From: a virus
Lineage: Duplodnaviria; Caudoviricetes
Direction: 5' to 3' (one strand)
Virus record (IMG/VR): IMGVR_UViG_3300015202_000010
Span: 1 to 57,733 of that record
Length of the DNA stretch: 57,733 bases
Below, piece by piece: positions 25,388-35,480 of the stretch. Both the position numbers and the translations under genes were made by a program. The stretch's first letter is position 1, and every line of letters starts with the position of its first letter. Under the pieces are notes generated by a model, which did not search any database, had not been told where the DNA came from, and saw nothing but the letters and a program-made list of their open reading frames with translations.

Positions 25388-26867
25388 TAAAAAGACGGTC
25401 GAAGAATTAAAGAGCCTCTTAGATTGCGAGGAAGAAATCGCGATCATGATGGCTCGGACATCTCTTCACGCTTTTACAAAATGGACAAACGAAAATTATA
25501 AAACGAATTGGCACCACAAATTGATTTGCGACAAGCTCGATCAAATCGTGGACGGAGGTCTCAAGAGACTGATGATCTTCACGCCGCCTCGTCACGGTAA
25601 ATCCGAACTCGTATCTCGAAGATTCCCGGCTTACCTTCTCGGTCGTAATCCAAAATCCAATATTATCTCTGCGTCCTACTCTGCCGATCTCGCAAGCTCA
25701 ATGAATCGAGACGTTCAGAGAATCATGGACTCAGCCGAGTATGCCGAGATTTTTCCAGAATCATCTCTCAACAAATCAAACGTGCGATCGACAGCGCAAG
25801 GATCTTATCTCAGAAACTCGGACGTGTTTGAAGTCGTCGGGCACGGCGGTGTTTATTTATCTGCGGGTGTCGGCGGTGGTATTACTGGGCGCGGTGCAAA
25901 CTACGCGATCATTGATGACCCGATCAAGAACCAAGAAGAAGCCGACTCTCACGTTTACCGCGAGAAAGTTTGGAATTGGTATGCGTCCACTCTTTACACT
26001 CGATTGCAAAAACCCGGCGTTGTCATTCTCACTCTCACAAGATGGCACGAGGACGATCTCGCAGGGCGACTCCTCGCTCTCGCAAAGGCCGATCCCAAAG
26101 CCGATCAGTGGGAGGTTTTAAATTTACCGGCGCGATACGAGCAGGCCGGAGCTTACCCTCTCGATCCGAGACAAGAAAACGAGCCGCTTTGGAATTCTGA
26201 TTTCGGAGACGACACCCTCAACTCGATTCGCGCATCGGTCGGTCCTCGAGTATGGAATGCTCTCTATCAACAAAGACCTTCTTCTATCGGTGGGAACATC
26301 GTTCAAAGAGTTTGGTGGAAAACCTACAAAGAATTACCCGCGCTCTTCGATCAAATGATTATCTCTGCCGATTTGACTTTCAAAGATGGGCAGAAGAATG
26401 ACTTCGCTGTTTTTCAAGTTTGGGGTCGAGTTGGATCTCAAAAATATCTCATAGACCAAGTTCGGGCGCGCATGGGATTCACCGGACAACTCTCGGCGCT
26501 GAAAGCTCTGTCTGGAAAATGGCCCGACGCTCAAGGAAAATATATTGAGGACGCGGCCAACGGTGCGGCACTCGTAGATTTTTTAAAGAAAGATGTTTCT
26601 GGACTCATCGCAGTTCCGGCGAAGGGATCTAAGATTGCCCGGGCAGAAGCGATCGCGCCACAAATCGAGGCCGGCAACGTATTCCTGCCAGAACCCTCGA
26701 CAGCGCCGTGGATAAATGATTACATCGAGGAATGGGCAGCATTTCCTAACGGTATGAACGACGACCAAGTGGACGCGACTTCACAAGCCTTGAAAGTGAT
26801 GTCACAATCCATCGTGGGAGATTGGGCTCCTATGAGCATAACAAAACAATCTAGATGGAGTAAATGA
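25371..26867 (+). CDS. terL: Terminase large subunit
   Basis: PPRHGKS Walker A, IIDDPIK Walker B, TRWHEDDL, YQQRP, FPNG..DDQVDA nuclease motifs. Confidence 0.95.
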   Translation: MIVRVSKKTVEELKSLLDCEEEIAIMMARTSLHAFTKWTNENYKTNWHHKLICDKLDQIVDGGLKRLMIFTPPRHGKSELVSRRFPAYLLGRNPKSNIISASYSADLASSMNRDVQRIMDSAEYAEIFPESSLNKSNVRSTAQGSYLRNSDVFEVVGHGGVYLSAGVGGGITGRGANYAIIDDPIKNQEEADSHVYREKVWNWYASTLYTRLQKPGVVILTLTRWHEDDLAGRLLALAKADPKADQWEVLNLPARYEQAGAYPLDPRQENEPLWNSDFGDDTLNSIRASVGPRVWNALYQQRPSSIGGNIVQRVWWKTYKELPALFDQMIISADLTFKDGQKNDFAVFQVWGRVGSQKYLIDQVRARMGFTGQLSALKALSGKWPDAQGKYIEDAANGAALVDFLKKDVSGLIAVPAKGSKIARAEAIAPQIEAGNVFLPEPSTAPWINDYIEEWAAFPNGMNDDQVDATSQALKVMSQSIVGDWAPMSITKQSRWSK

Positions 26868-28330
26868 TGGCAGATCCTAAAGAGCAGATCATTGATATGC
26901 GAGAGCTTGGCTCAACCGGCCTGAAAAGATACTCCGGTTTCATTTATGAAGCTTTCTTAAAAGAACTTACAGGTTGGAATGCGATAGCGATTTACAAAGA
27001 GATGACCGAGAATGATCCGGTTGTCGCTGCTATGATTTTCACCATCACGATGCTCTGCCGACAGGCCAGTTGGACCGTAAAAAAAGCCAGCGATCAACAG
27101 TACGATGTCGAGGCCGCTGCTTTCTTAGAGTCTTGCATGAGCGATATGTCTCACACCTGGGTCGATATGATTGTCGAGATTCTCTCGATGCTCCAATACG
27201 GTTTCGATGCGCAGGAAATTGTTTACAAACGACGATGCGGAGACATCGAAGATCCTTCAATGAGATCGAAATATAAAGACGGTCGAATCGGTTGGAGAAA
27301 GATCACCACTCGCGCACAAGAAACAATTTGGCGATGGAGATTCGACGACAACGGCGGCATTCAAGGTTTTGAGCAGATCGCTCCTCCGACATTCAAAAAC
27401 ACATTCATTCCGATGGAGAAAGTTCTTCTCTTCAGAACGACCTCTCATAAAAACAACCCAGAAGGTGCGAGTATCTTGCGCGGCGCTTACCGACCTTGGT
27501 ACATGAAAAAGAATATCGAGAATATCGAGGCGATCGGTATCGAAAGAGATCTAGCCGGACTTCCGATGGCTCTCGTCCCGCCTGAGTTACTTTCTGCCGG
27601 AGCGAGCAATCAACAAAAAGCCATCCTGGCGAACATCCGAGAGATCGTACAGAACGTACGCCGTGACGAGCAGGAGGGAATCGTATTTCCTTTGGCATAC
27701 GATGCGAACGGCAAGCAACTCTATGACTTCAAGCTCCTCTCATCAGGAGGCTCTCGTCAGTTCGACACGAATAAAATTATCGAGCGATACGACCAAAGAA
27801 TCGCGATGACTTGCCTTTGTGATTTCATCTTACTCGGACACGCGCAATCGAACGGTCTTAACTTAGCGGTTCAAAAGACCTCTATTTTTACCGGCGCGAT
27901 CAAAGCGTATCTCGATGTCGTTGCGGACACCTTCAATCGTTACGCCGTGCCTCGCCTCTTCAAGATGAATCCAGACATGCAAATCTCCGCTTACCCGGAG
28001 CTCGTTGTCGGAGACGTCGATGAAGTCAACCTCACGGACATTGCAAATTACGTTCAGAAAATCTCGATGGCTGGCGCTCCACTGTTTCCGAACATTGATC
28101 TTGAGAAACATCTCGCGAAGATTGCGGGATTCCCTGAGCCGATGACTCCAGAGGATCAAGAGAAGAATAAAAATCTAGAGATCGTGCCGGAGGATTCAGA
28201 GATCCCAGATAAGGTGACAGAAATTCCTCCAGATGCAGAGTCAGGATCGGACGCGAACAATCTCGGATTTAACGATTCGACTTTTACTACGAACACGATC
28301 ACGACAAACGCCGGAGTTAAGCAATTGTGA
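26864..28330 (+). CDS. Portal protein (Mu gp29/DUF935-like)
   Basis: Follows TerL; NPEG.SILRGAYRPW, GIERDLAGLP. Confidence 0.9.
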   Translation: MMADPKEQIIDMRELGSTGLKRYSGFIYEAFLKELTGWNAIAIYKEMTENDPVVAAMIFTITMLCRQASWTVKKASDQQYDVEAAAFLESCMSDMSHTWVDMIVEILSMLQYGFDAQEIVYKRRCGDIEDPSMRSKYKDGRIGWRKITTRAQETIWRWRFDDNGGIQGFEQIAPPTFKNTFIPMEKVLLFRTTSHKNNPEGASILRGAYRPWYMKKNIENIEAIGIERDLAGLPMALVPPELLSAGASNQQKAILANIREIVQNVRRDEQEGIVFPLAYDANGKQLYDFKLLSSGGSRQFDTNKIIERYDQRIAMTCLCDFILLGHAQSNGLNLAVQKTSIFTGAIKAYLDVVADTFNRYAVPRLFKMNPDMQISAYPELVVGDVDEVNLTDIANYVQKISMAGAPLFPNIDLEKHLAKIAGFPEPMTPEDQEKNKNLEIVPEDSEIPDKVTEIPPDAESGSDANNLGFNDSTFTTNTITTNAGVKQL

Positions 28331-29211
28331 GAAAAAGCAGATCGAAGGTAAAAAAGCCTGCGCATCTGAACAAACAGGAGGCCCTCACTCAACAAATGGG
28401 TAAGGTCGTCCAAGTCAATTTACTCAAAGGCATAAAAACATGGAGGGACAAAATCTCTCCAGACGCGCTTCATAAAGCCTGGCAATCGAGGGACTATAAA
28501 AAACTCGAGAAAGTAATTCCTTGGGATAAACTTCCGAGCGAGTTAAAAGAAGTCGATGGTTTCGAGGAGAAGTCCCTAAATAAAACCGCAGCTTTTGAGA
28601 TTCAGGGCTTACCCGCTCCGATCAAAAACAATCTCCGGTGGGATACAAAAAACCCAGAGATCACAAAATATCTCGATAAACAATCTGGCGAGAGAATCAC
28701 TCTCATAAAAGACTCGACGATGGAGACGCTTCGTCAGTCCGTAAAAAACACATACGATAAGGGCTGGACTCCGAGAGATGTCGCAAACTCGATCAAAGAC
28801 AACATCGGGCTCCTACCTCAGCACGCTCGAGCGGTGGATAATTATCGCAACGGACTCATATCAGAAGGCATGAAAAAAGACATGGCAATTGAGCTTTCCT
28901 CAAAGTATGCCGAGAAACTTTTGAATTATCGGGCGATGATGATTGCTCGGACTGAAACTAGACTTGCGAACCAGTACGGACAACTTTCTGTTTGGAATGC
29001 GGCCAAAAAACAAGGTCTAATGGATGGAGCAAAGAAAACTTGGGTGGTCGATGGAAATCCATGCGACATCTGTGATCCGATGGATGGTATATCCGTGGAC
29101 ATTGATGACGTTTGGGATCTCGATACCGGTGATGAAGTGGACGTCCCAACGGAGAGCCACCCTCACTGCGAATGCAACATGGTAATTACTTTCGGAGATG
29201 ATGATGAATAA
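28327..29211 (+). CDS. MuF/SPP1 gp7-like head morphogenesis protein
   Basis: RA.MIARTE, KTW, CDIC, HPHCEC. Confidence 0.88.
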   Translation: MRKSRSKVKKPAHLNKQEALTQQMGKVVQVNLLKGIKTWRDKISPDALHKAWQSRDYKKLEKVIPWDKLPSELKEVDGFEEKSLNKTAAFEIQGLPAPIKNNLRWDTKNPEITKYLDKQSGERITLIKDSTMETLRQSVKNTYDKGWTPRDVANSIKDNIGLLPQHARAVDNYRNGLISEGMKKDMAIELSSKYAEKLLNYRAMMIARTETRLANQYGQLSVWNAAKKQGLMDGAKKTWVVDGNPCDICDPMDGISVDIDDVWDLDTGDEVDVPTESHPHCECNMVITFGDDDE

Positions 29212-30736
29212 TAAAAAGTGGGCGGTTGACGCTATAACCAAACTCGAAAAGCTTAAAGCTAAAAAAAAGCAGGCGACAAATGTTGACGCCGATAAAGCCA
29301 ATGCGGGTTCGCAAAAAGCCAGCCGCCCACCTATAAAAAAAAACGTCTCTGGAGTGCACGTTCCTTCAACGGACTGGCGAGTAAGAAAGGCCGATCCCGC
29401 TACCGCTGATGATGCTGAACCTTTAGAGGACGACGACCAGGAAAGACTCGAGCAACAAGCTCGCGGCGGATACCTCGAGGATACAGACCAGGAGCTCCCG
29501 CCAGTAAATAAAGGTGGACCTGGTTCAGGCCCTTCGGGTGGCGCGGTGAAAGTTTACGGCGACAAAAACGGTGGATTCACGCAAGATAAAAGCAAGGCAC
29601 ATTTATTTTCAAACAAAGGAAATGCCGACAAGCAAGCGCAACTCCTGAGTCAATCTCGCGGCGGCAGCAAACATATTCAAGATTTCAAATCTGAGCCTCA
29701 TAGTGCGGGAGCGTATCACATGGTAACTGCAATTTATAAAGGCGACATGACCGTAAAAGGTGGACCAGGCTCCGGCGGTCCGGACATCGAAACCGAATCA
29801 ATCGACATGCCTCAATCTCCGCACATCTCAGTCGGCACTCGAAAAGGTGTTTTGGAGAACATGGATTATCACGAGGACGAGATTCCTCTCGATAAAATCA
29901 CTCACGTCGGACAGAAGAAGTTCGTTCCCGCGAAACTAGACAAAATGCTGTTGAATTACGGTAAGGTCCGAAAGATGCCGATTGACGTTCTGAAGGTCGG
30001 AGACGATTACCACGTTATTGATGGACATCACCGATTTCTAGCGGCCAAAAATAATGAAGAGCCGACAATCAATGCGCGCGTGAGAGTAAAATCAATGACT
30101 GCAAAATCAGCATTAACACTTGGTCAAAAACTGATGGGCATGGTAAAAAAAGGTGGACCAGGATCTGGTAGACCAGCAGGTGGCGGAGCCGGTGGGAAAC
30201 AAAACCCTGCCCCAGCATCGAAACCATCTACGCACCAAGGTAAAGCACCACACTCAAACCCGCATAAAGATAAGGGCCACGGAGGGCACAGCGAGGCTCA
30301 CGGAGGAGCCCACTTTGATCCTTACGCGCAACTCGCCGACACCGCCCAAAAATCCGATCGCACAAAGATCATGAAAGCTGACGCGGCCAAACAAATTGTT
30401 TACGGCGTCGTCTTAACTCCTGACGAACTCGACACGCAAATGGAATACATGAGCGCGGAAGATATAGAGAAAACCGCTCACCAATATATGGAGAAATCTC
30501 GAGTTGTTGGAAAAAATCACACGAACACAGTCAAAGCGGTTCCGGTCGAGAGCTACATTGCTCCGTTTGACTTCACGATGGACGGTGGTCAGTATGGATC
30601 TCAATTCGTGAAAAAAGGTGCGTGGGTTCTTGCGGTGAGAATTTTAGATCCGAAAGAATGGCAGAAGGTCGAGGACGGAGACTACACAGGCTTCTCTATC
30701 GGAGGCTTTGGTCTGCGGATTCCTGGACAACTATAA
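29198..30736 (+). CDS. Multidomain head protein: ParB-like domain plus C-terminal XkdF-like prohead protease
   Basis: VIDGHHRFLAA; VYGVVLTPD..D...H...VESYIAP...KKGAW...TGFSIGG; three KGGPGSG repeats. Confidence 0.85.
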   Translation: MMMNNKKWAVDAITKLEKLKAKKKQATNVDADKANAGSQKASRPPIKKNVSGVHVPSTDWRVRKADPATADDAEPLEDDDQERLEQQARGGYLEDTDQELPPVNKGGPGSGPSGGAVKVYGDKNGGFTQDKSKAHLFSNKGNADKQAQLLSQSRGGSKHIQDFKSEPHSAGAYHMVTAIYKGDMTVKGGPGSGGPDIETESIDMPQSPHISVGTRKGVLENMDYHEDEIPLDKITHVGQKKFVPAKLDKMLLNYGKVRKMPIDVLKVGDDYHVIDGHHRFLAAKNNEEPTINARVRVKSMTAKSALTLGQKLMGMVKKGGPGSGRPAGGGAGGKQNPAPASKPSTHQGKAPHSNPHKDKGHGGHSEAHGGAHFDPYAQLADTAQKSDRTKIMKADAAKQIVYGVVLTPDELDTQMEYMSAEDIEKTAHQYMEKSRVVGKNHTNTVKAVPVESYIAPFDFTMDGGQYGSQFVKKGAWVLAVRILDPKEWQKVEDGDYTGFSIGGFGLRIPGQL

Positions 30737-30742
30737 TAGCGG

Positions 30743-30771
30743 TTGCGAACTTTAACTATCTTTGTCAGAAT
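30743..30771 (+). promoter_or_regulatory. Putative internal promoter for scaffold/capsid genes
   Basis: TTGCGA-17-CAGAAT with extended TG, in an intergenic gap. Confidence 0.45.
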
Positions 30772-30782
30772 GAGGTTTATTC

Positions 30783-31907
30783 ATGAAAAAATTGATTGAT
30801 CTAGATCCCGCAGAGGTTAGCCTGGTGACTAGAGGCGCTAACAAACGCAAGTTTCTGATTTGGAAAGACGAAACAGGCGCACCCGAGGAAGAGGACATGC
30901 CAGAAAACATTCCCGATCACGCGAATCCAGATATCCCAGTTCAAGATCCACAACAAATTGCAGAAGATCACGGAGTGCCCCCGGTTCCTTTAAGCGCCCG
31001 AGCAATGGCAGCCGTTCAGGCAGTCGTAAGAATTTTAACACCATTTAAAGGCGAGATTACAGATTCTGATCTAGACCAAGCAATGTCAGACAGCGGAGTA
31101 GTCAACCAGGAGGACAACACAGTGGCAGCACCAGTAAATCCGAAAGCAGCACCCAAAGATCCAAAACAGATGCCTGGCAAAAATCCAGCACCACCTCAAG
31201 TCGCAGCTCAGAAAGACGATATGGATGGTGGAGACGTCGAAATGTCAGCCGATGAGGATGACGATGCAGACGACATGGACCAAGACATGATGGATCAGAT
31301 GAAGGCTTGTAAATCAGATGATGAAATTTTAAAAGTGGCTAAGAGTTTCCTAAACAAATCACAGGGAGGACAATCTGTGGACAAAAAATCGGTAATGAAA
31401 TCCGATGGCACAATTGACATGACGGCAGTCCCAGAGGCAGTTCGTCCGGCGGTTGAGGCTATCTATAAATCACAACAAGAACTCGTTGCAAAAAACGCAG
31501 ATCTTGAAACTCAGTTAAAGACTGAAAGACACGAGCGTCGCGAGAAGGAATTCATCGCGAAAGCAGAGTCTTTTGTTCATTACACTGGAGACAGAAAAGA
31601 GTTGGCAACACAACTCATGGCGCTTGAAGATTCAAGCAAACCTCTTTACGAGAGTTTCGTAAAAAATCTTGAAGGTCTTGAGAGTGAAAAAGCAATGATT
31701 CACAAATCAGCAACTCAAGAAATCGGTAGCGGCATGAGCGCAGGCTCAACAGATGCTTCTGCTAAAATCGACGCGGCTGTTGCAGCGATCGTTACAAAAT
31801 CAAATGGCGGTTTGTCTAAAGAACAAGCTTACAGCCAATTCATCACTTCTGCTGAAGGCCAAAAATTATACTCTGAATACAAAGGTTCTCGTAAAGGAGG
31901 CATCTAA
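30783..31907 (+). CDS. Capsid scaffolding protein with N-terminal protease segment
   Basis: EVSLVTRGAN at N-terminus; acidic and coiled-coil body. Confidence 0.8.
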   Translation: MKKLIDLDPAEVSLVTRGANKRKFLIWKDETGAPEEEDMPENIPDHANPDIPVQDPQQIAEDHGVPPVPLSARAMAAVQAVVRILTPFKGEITDSDLDQAMSDSGVVNQEDNTVAAPVNPKAAPKDPKQMPGKNPAPPQVAAQKDDMDGGDVEMSADEDDDADDMDQDMMDQMKACKSDDEILKVAKSFLNKSQGGQSVDKKSVMKSDGTIDMTAVPEAVRPAVEAIYKSQQELVAKNADLETQLKTERHERREKEFIAKAESFVHYTGDRKELATQLMALEDSSKPLYESFVKNLEGLESEKAMIHKSATQEIGSGMSAGSTDASAKIDAAVAAIVTKSNGGLSKEQAYSQFITSAEGQKLYSEYKGSRKGGI

Positions 31908-32311
31908 TGTTTCAACCAGCTTATGAAATTCCAGGGTTCATGTTAGGTGTTATACCGGCGAATGCAGATATGTCTGCTGAAGCTACAAACCAGTTTTGCG
32001 CGGTAGACGTAATCCCAGCGACAGGTGCAGGTCTTAGCGGACCAGCAATTGCTCTCTCGGGTGCGGGTGCGGCGATTTTGGGAATTCTCCAAAACAATCC
32101 ATTTCTCGGTGAAGCCGCTGAAGTTATGGTTGCAGGCGTGAGCAAAGCTCGTTTGTCTGGCACCGTGGCTGAAGGCGCTCTTCTCATGTGTGATACTGCC
32201 GGTAAATTGCTCGTCGCCACTTCTGGCAATCAAGCAATTGCAAAAGCATTATCATCAGGCGTTTCGGGTGATGTTTGCCCGGTTCTTTTAAAATCTTACG
32301 GAAAGGTGTAA
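31907..32311 (+). CDS. Capsid decoration/cement protein (DUF2190-like)
   Basis: GILQN.P..GEAA.V...GVS; position before MCP. Confidence 0.75.
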   Translation: MFQPAYEIPGFMLGVIPANADMSAEATNQFCAVDVIPATGAGLSGPAIALSGAGAAILGILQNNPFLGEAAEVMVAGVSKARLSGTVAEGALLMCDTAGKLLVATSGNQAIAKALSSGVSGDVCPVLLKSYGKV

Positions 32312-32314
32312 TAG

Positions 32315-33277
32315 ATGTCTCAACCAACTCGTTCAGATGTTCACGTAAATAAACCGCTGACGATGATGTCTATTGCGTACATCCAGGACTCAAAGGATTT
32401 CGTAGCAGACAAAATTTTCCCAGTGGTTCCAGTTCAAAAACAATCTGACCGTTATTTCTCATACGATAAAGGTTACTGGTTCCGCACTGGCGCACAGAAA
32501 CGCGCACCAGGCAGTGAATCAGCAGGCGGCGGATTCCACGTTGACAACACTCCTTCATATTTTTGCGACGTTATCGCTCATCACATGGATGTTGATGATC
32601 AAACTCGCCAAAATGCGGACGAGCCAATCAACATGGATCGCGATGCGACCCAATTCGTAACTCAACAACTTTTGTTGAAACGCGAAATTGATTTCATGGC
32701 AAAATACTTTGCTGCGAACATCTGGACAGGTCACGCTGGTGGTGATTTCACTCCTGCTTTGACTTGGGATAACGCTGCTTCTTTGCCGATCAACGACATC
32801 GACAATTTGAAGTCTGAAGTTAAATCTAAAACAGGCCGCATGCCGAACACTCTCACGGTTGCTCGTGACGTGTTCACAATGTTGAAGAACAATCCTTCAA
32901 TCCTCGATCGCATCAAGTACACTCAACGCGGACTCATCACTGAAGATTTGCTTGCATCTCTTTTCGGTGTTGATAAATTCCTCGTTGCCGATGCAGTCTT
33001 GAACTCGGCTCAAGAAGGTCAAGCAGACAGCTTGAATTTCATCGTTTCGAAGAAGGCTCTATTGACTTACGCAGCTCCGGCTCCGTCAATCATGCAACCT
33101 TCTGCTGGTTACACTTTCTCTTGGACTGGATTATTCGGTGCTGGCGCTTACGGCAACCGCGTTTCTTCATTCCGCATGGAGCATTTGAAATCAGATCGCA
33201 TCGAAGGTGAGATGGCTTACAACCAAAAAGTTGTTGGCGCTGACCTCGGTGTTTATATCCCGCAAGCGATTGCATAA
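32315..33277 (+). CDS. Major capsid protein
   Basis: 320 aa; LT..SIAY.Q...FVADKIFPVVPV.KQS, PNTL; synteny. Confidence 0.9.
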   Translation: MSQPTRSDVHVNKPLTMMSIAYIQDSKDFVADKIFPVVPVQKQSDRYFSYDKGYWFRTGAQKRAPGSESAGGGFHVDNTPSYFCDVIAHHMDVDDQTRQNADEPINMDRDATQFVTQQLLLKREIDFMAKYFAANIWTGHAGGDFTPALTWDNAASLPINDIDNLKSEVKSKTGRMPNTLTVARDVFTMLKNNPSILDRIKYTQRGLITEDLLASLFGVDKFLVADAVLNSAQEGQADSLNFIVSKKALLTYAAPAPSIMQPSAGYTFSWTGLFGAGAYGNRVSSFRMEHLKSDRIEGEMAYNQKVVGADLGVYIPQAIA

Positions 33278-33483
33278 TGTACATTGCCTGTCGAGATTTA
33301 AACCTCGGAGGCAAAGAGCCGGTTCGCAAAGGCGAGCCGGTTGATACGTCGGCTATGCACCACATGGCCGTTCGTTCGTTACTCAATATGGAGTGGATCG
33401 TTAAAGTAGACGACGAGTCTCCTAAGCCAGAGCTAGAAGCTCAACCTCAAAAGGCGAATAATAAAAGTAAAAAACGGAGGTAG
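33277..33483 (+). CDS. Small head-associated protein
   Basis: TAATG-coupled to MCP. Confidence 0.65.
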   Translation: MYIACRDLNLGGKEPVRKGEPVDTSAMHHMAVRSLLNMEWIVKVDDESPKPELEAQPQKANNKSKKRR

Positions 33484-33486
33484 CCA

Positions 33487-33945
33487 ATGTGGAAATATTC
33501 AGGCGATCCCTCAGCAAATCCCAAAGACGCAGTTCGATTTATTATAGGCGACACGATGGAGTCAGATCCTTTATTGACTGACGAAGAAATCACTTACCTG
33601 TTGAATATCTATAATGGCGCTCCGATGAATGCATCCATACGCGGATGCGAAATGATTATGGCAAAATTCTCAAGACTCGCCGACGAAACGGCAGGCCAGG
33701 TCAAAGTTTCTTATTCTCAAAAAGCAAAACAATACGCAACGATGAGAGACGCTCTAACCATGAGACTCGCCGTTGAGGATATGATCCCTTCTGCGGGAGG
33801 CATTTCTGTTTTGGGCAAAATCCAAAACAATGCGAACCCAGATCTTGTAAAACCTGATTTTAAAAAACACATGATGGAAAATAAAGAAGTAGCTCCTTGG
33901 GTAAACGGACCGGGAGACGATTGTGGCGAGAAAAGCGGAGATTGA
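33487..33945 (+). CDS. Head-tail adaptor
   Basis: DAVRFIIGDT...LLTDEEI.YLL. Confidence 0.8.
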   Translation: MWKYSGDPSANPKDAVRFIIGDTMESDPLLTDEEITYLLNIYNGAPMNASIRGCEMIMAKFSRLADETAGQVKVSYSQKAKQYATMRDALTMRLAVEDMIPSAGGISVLGKIQNNANPDLVKPDFKKHMMENKEVAPWVNGPGDDCGEKSGD

Positions 33946-34126
33946 GAAATTTGTTTCTGGAGACCATTGTTCATGTTGCGGAGTTAAATTAAACGACGAC
34001 GAAGAGCAACGATGGCTTATGGTCAGAGAGATATATTTCGCGGGACCACTTCGAGGCGCTGAGAAAAAGAAGATCTTCGTTCACGTGAAGTGCATGAGGA
34101 TCATAAATCACGGAGTTAAGCACTAG
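33923..34126 (+). CDS. Small Cys/His-rich hypothetical protein
   Basis: CSCCG...HVKC; start uncertain. Confidence 0.45.
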   Translation: MARKAEIEKFVSGDHCSCCGVKLNDDEEQRWLMVREIYFAGPLRGAEKKKIFVHVKCMRIINHGVKH

Positions 34127-34591
34127 ATGCCGACGACAGTTAAGAACGGTGAAGCATTTAAAAAGTTCGTTGCCGAGATGAAAAAGGCAAAGGACTGCTA
34201 CGTCGCAATCGGATTGCACGAGGACGCTGGCGAATATAAAGACGGCACGTCTGTCGTCAATGTTGGACTCTGGAATGAGTTCGGCACTGACAATATTCCC
34301 GAGCGAGCCTGGATGCGTACGACGATCGACGAGAATCAAGGTGCATTGGAAGAGTTTAGAAAGGGCTTGATCGAAAAGGTGCAGGCTGGAAATCTAACCG
34401 TTCATCAAGCTCTAGAAAAAATCGGAATGCGTATCCAGGTTCTTTTGCAAAATAAAATAGGATCCAACATGGAGCCAGAAAACGCTCCGAGCACTCTCAA
34501 AGCAAAGGCCCGAGCCGGACAAGGCTCTCGAACTCTCATCGCCACGGGTCTGATGCAGAGATCAGTCACATACAAGGTTTACGGCGCATGA
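34127..34591 (+). CDS. Neck/tail completion protein
   Basis: NEFGT..IPERAWMR...NAPST...LIATG. Confidence 0.8.
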   Translation: MPTTVKNGEAFKKFVAEMKKAKDCYVAIGLHEDAGEYKDGTSVVNVGLWNEFGTDNIPERAWMRTTIDENQGALEEFRKGLIEKVQAGNLTVHQALEKIGMRIQVLLQNKIGSNMEPENAPSTLKAKARAGQGSRTLIATGLMQRSVTYKVYGA

Positions 34592-34947
34592 AACGAATGC
34601 AGGGCAAAGTATTTTTGATGAATTCAATGGGTCAAGCCGACGTGTTCACGGTTCACCGAGCAGCGACTGTCGTTTGGGTCGATGGCATTCCTCAAGAGAC
34701 CGCTGTTAACACTTACCAAATGACCGGCAACATCCAACCTCTCCCTGGTAAGGATTTATTGCTCGTTCCCGAGGCTCAAAGAACTAAAGAGAACAGAATT
34801 ATATTCACCGAACAAAACGCTAAAACACCCCTGTTGAACGACCGAGTCTGTATCGAAGGCGCTTTTTACCAAGTGCAAGAAGTCGCCAACTGGGGAACAT
34901 ACTCACGATTGAGAGTTACGAAGGAAGATGCAAAAGCTGGACGTTGA
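34588..34947 (+). CDS. Head closure/stopper-like protein
   Basis: IQPL.GKDL..VPE..R; synteny. Confidence 0.7.
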   Translation: MKRMQGKVFLMNSMGQADVFTVHRAATVVWVDGIPQETAVNTYQMTGNIQPLPGKDLLLVPEAQRTKENRIIFTEQNAKTPLLNDRVCIEGAFYQVQEVANWGTYSRLRVTKEDAKAGR

Positions 34948-35470
34948 TTTTGCGACATTCAGGAGAGTGATTTGCGAACAGGTGAGACTCATCACGGGAT
35001 GCGTTTGCATAAAAGAGGAGCCGAATCAGTCGGACGCTCCGCGCCCTGACCTACCATATTTCGGTTACAAAATTACCAGTCCAGGCGTCCCGATGGGCGA
35101 TGCAAATTTTCAAGACTCAAACGGTGGACAAGACTTTAGCTACGGTACGCAGATGAAAATGAGCGTTTCGTTTCACTGTTATGCGCTCGATCAAGACGAA
35201 GCCTATAATAAAATGATGCTCTTCCAAATGGCCCTCAATACGAATCCAATCCAAGAGAGCTTTCGCCGAAAAGGTCTAGCTATCTGGGACTGGGGAACGG
35301 TTGCAGATTTGTCGGCTTTGTTGAATACTGGGTATCAAGGCAGAACACAGTTTGACGTGCAATTTGGTTATGCGGCGAATTTGATCTCGACAGTCGGCAC
35401 CATCGACACGATCGACATTACCGGACACGCTGACCAAAATGAAATTGATTTAGAAATTATAAAACCTTAG
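34928..35470 (+). CDS. Tail terminator/neck protein
   Basis: PRP.LPY motif; precedes sheath. Confidence 0.7.
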   Translation: MQKLDVDFATFRRVICEQVRLITGCVCIKEEPNQSDAPRPDLPYFGYKITSPGVPMGDANFQDSNGGQDFSYGTQMKMSVSFHCYALDQDEAYNKMMLFQMALNTNPIQESFRRKGLAIWDWGTVADLSALLNTGYQGRTQFDVQFGYAANLISTVGTIDTIDITGHADQNEIDLEIIKP

Positions 35471-35480
35471 GAGCAAAAAC

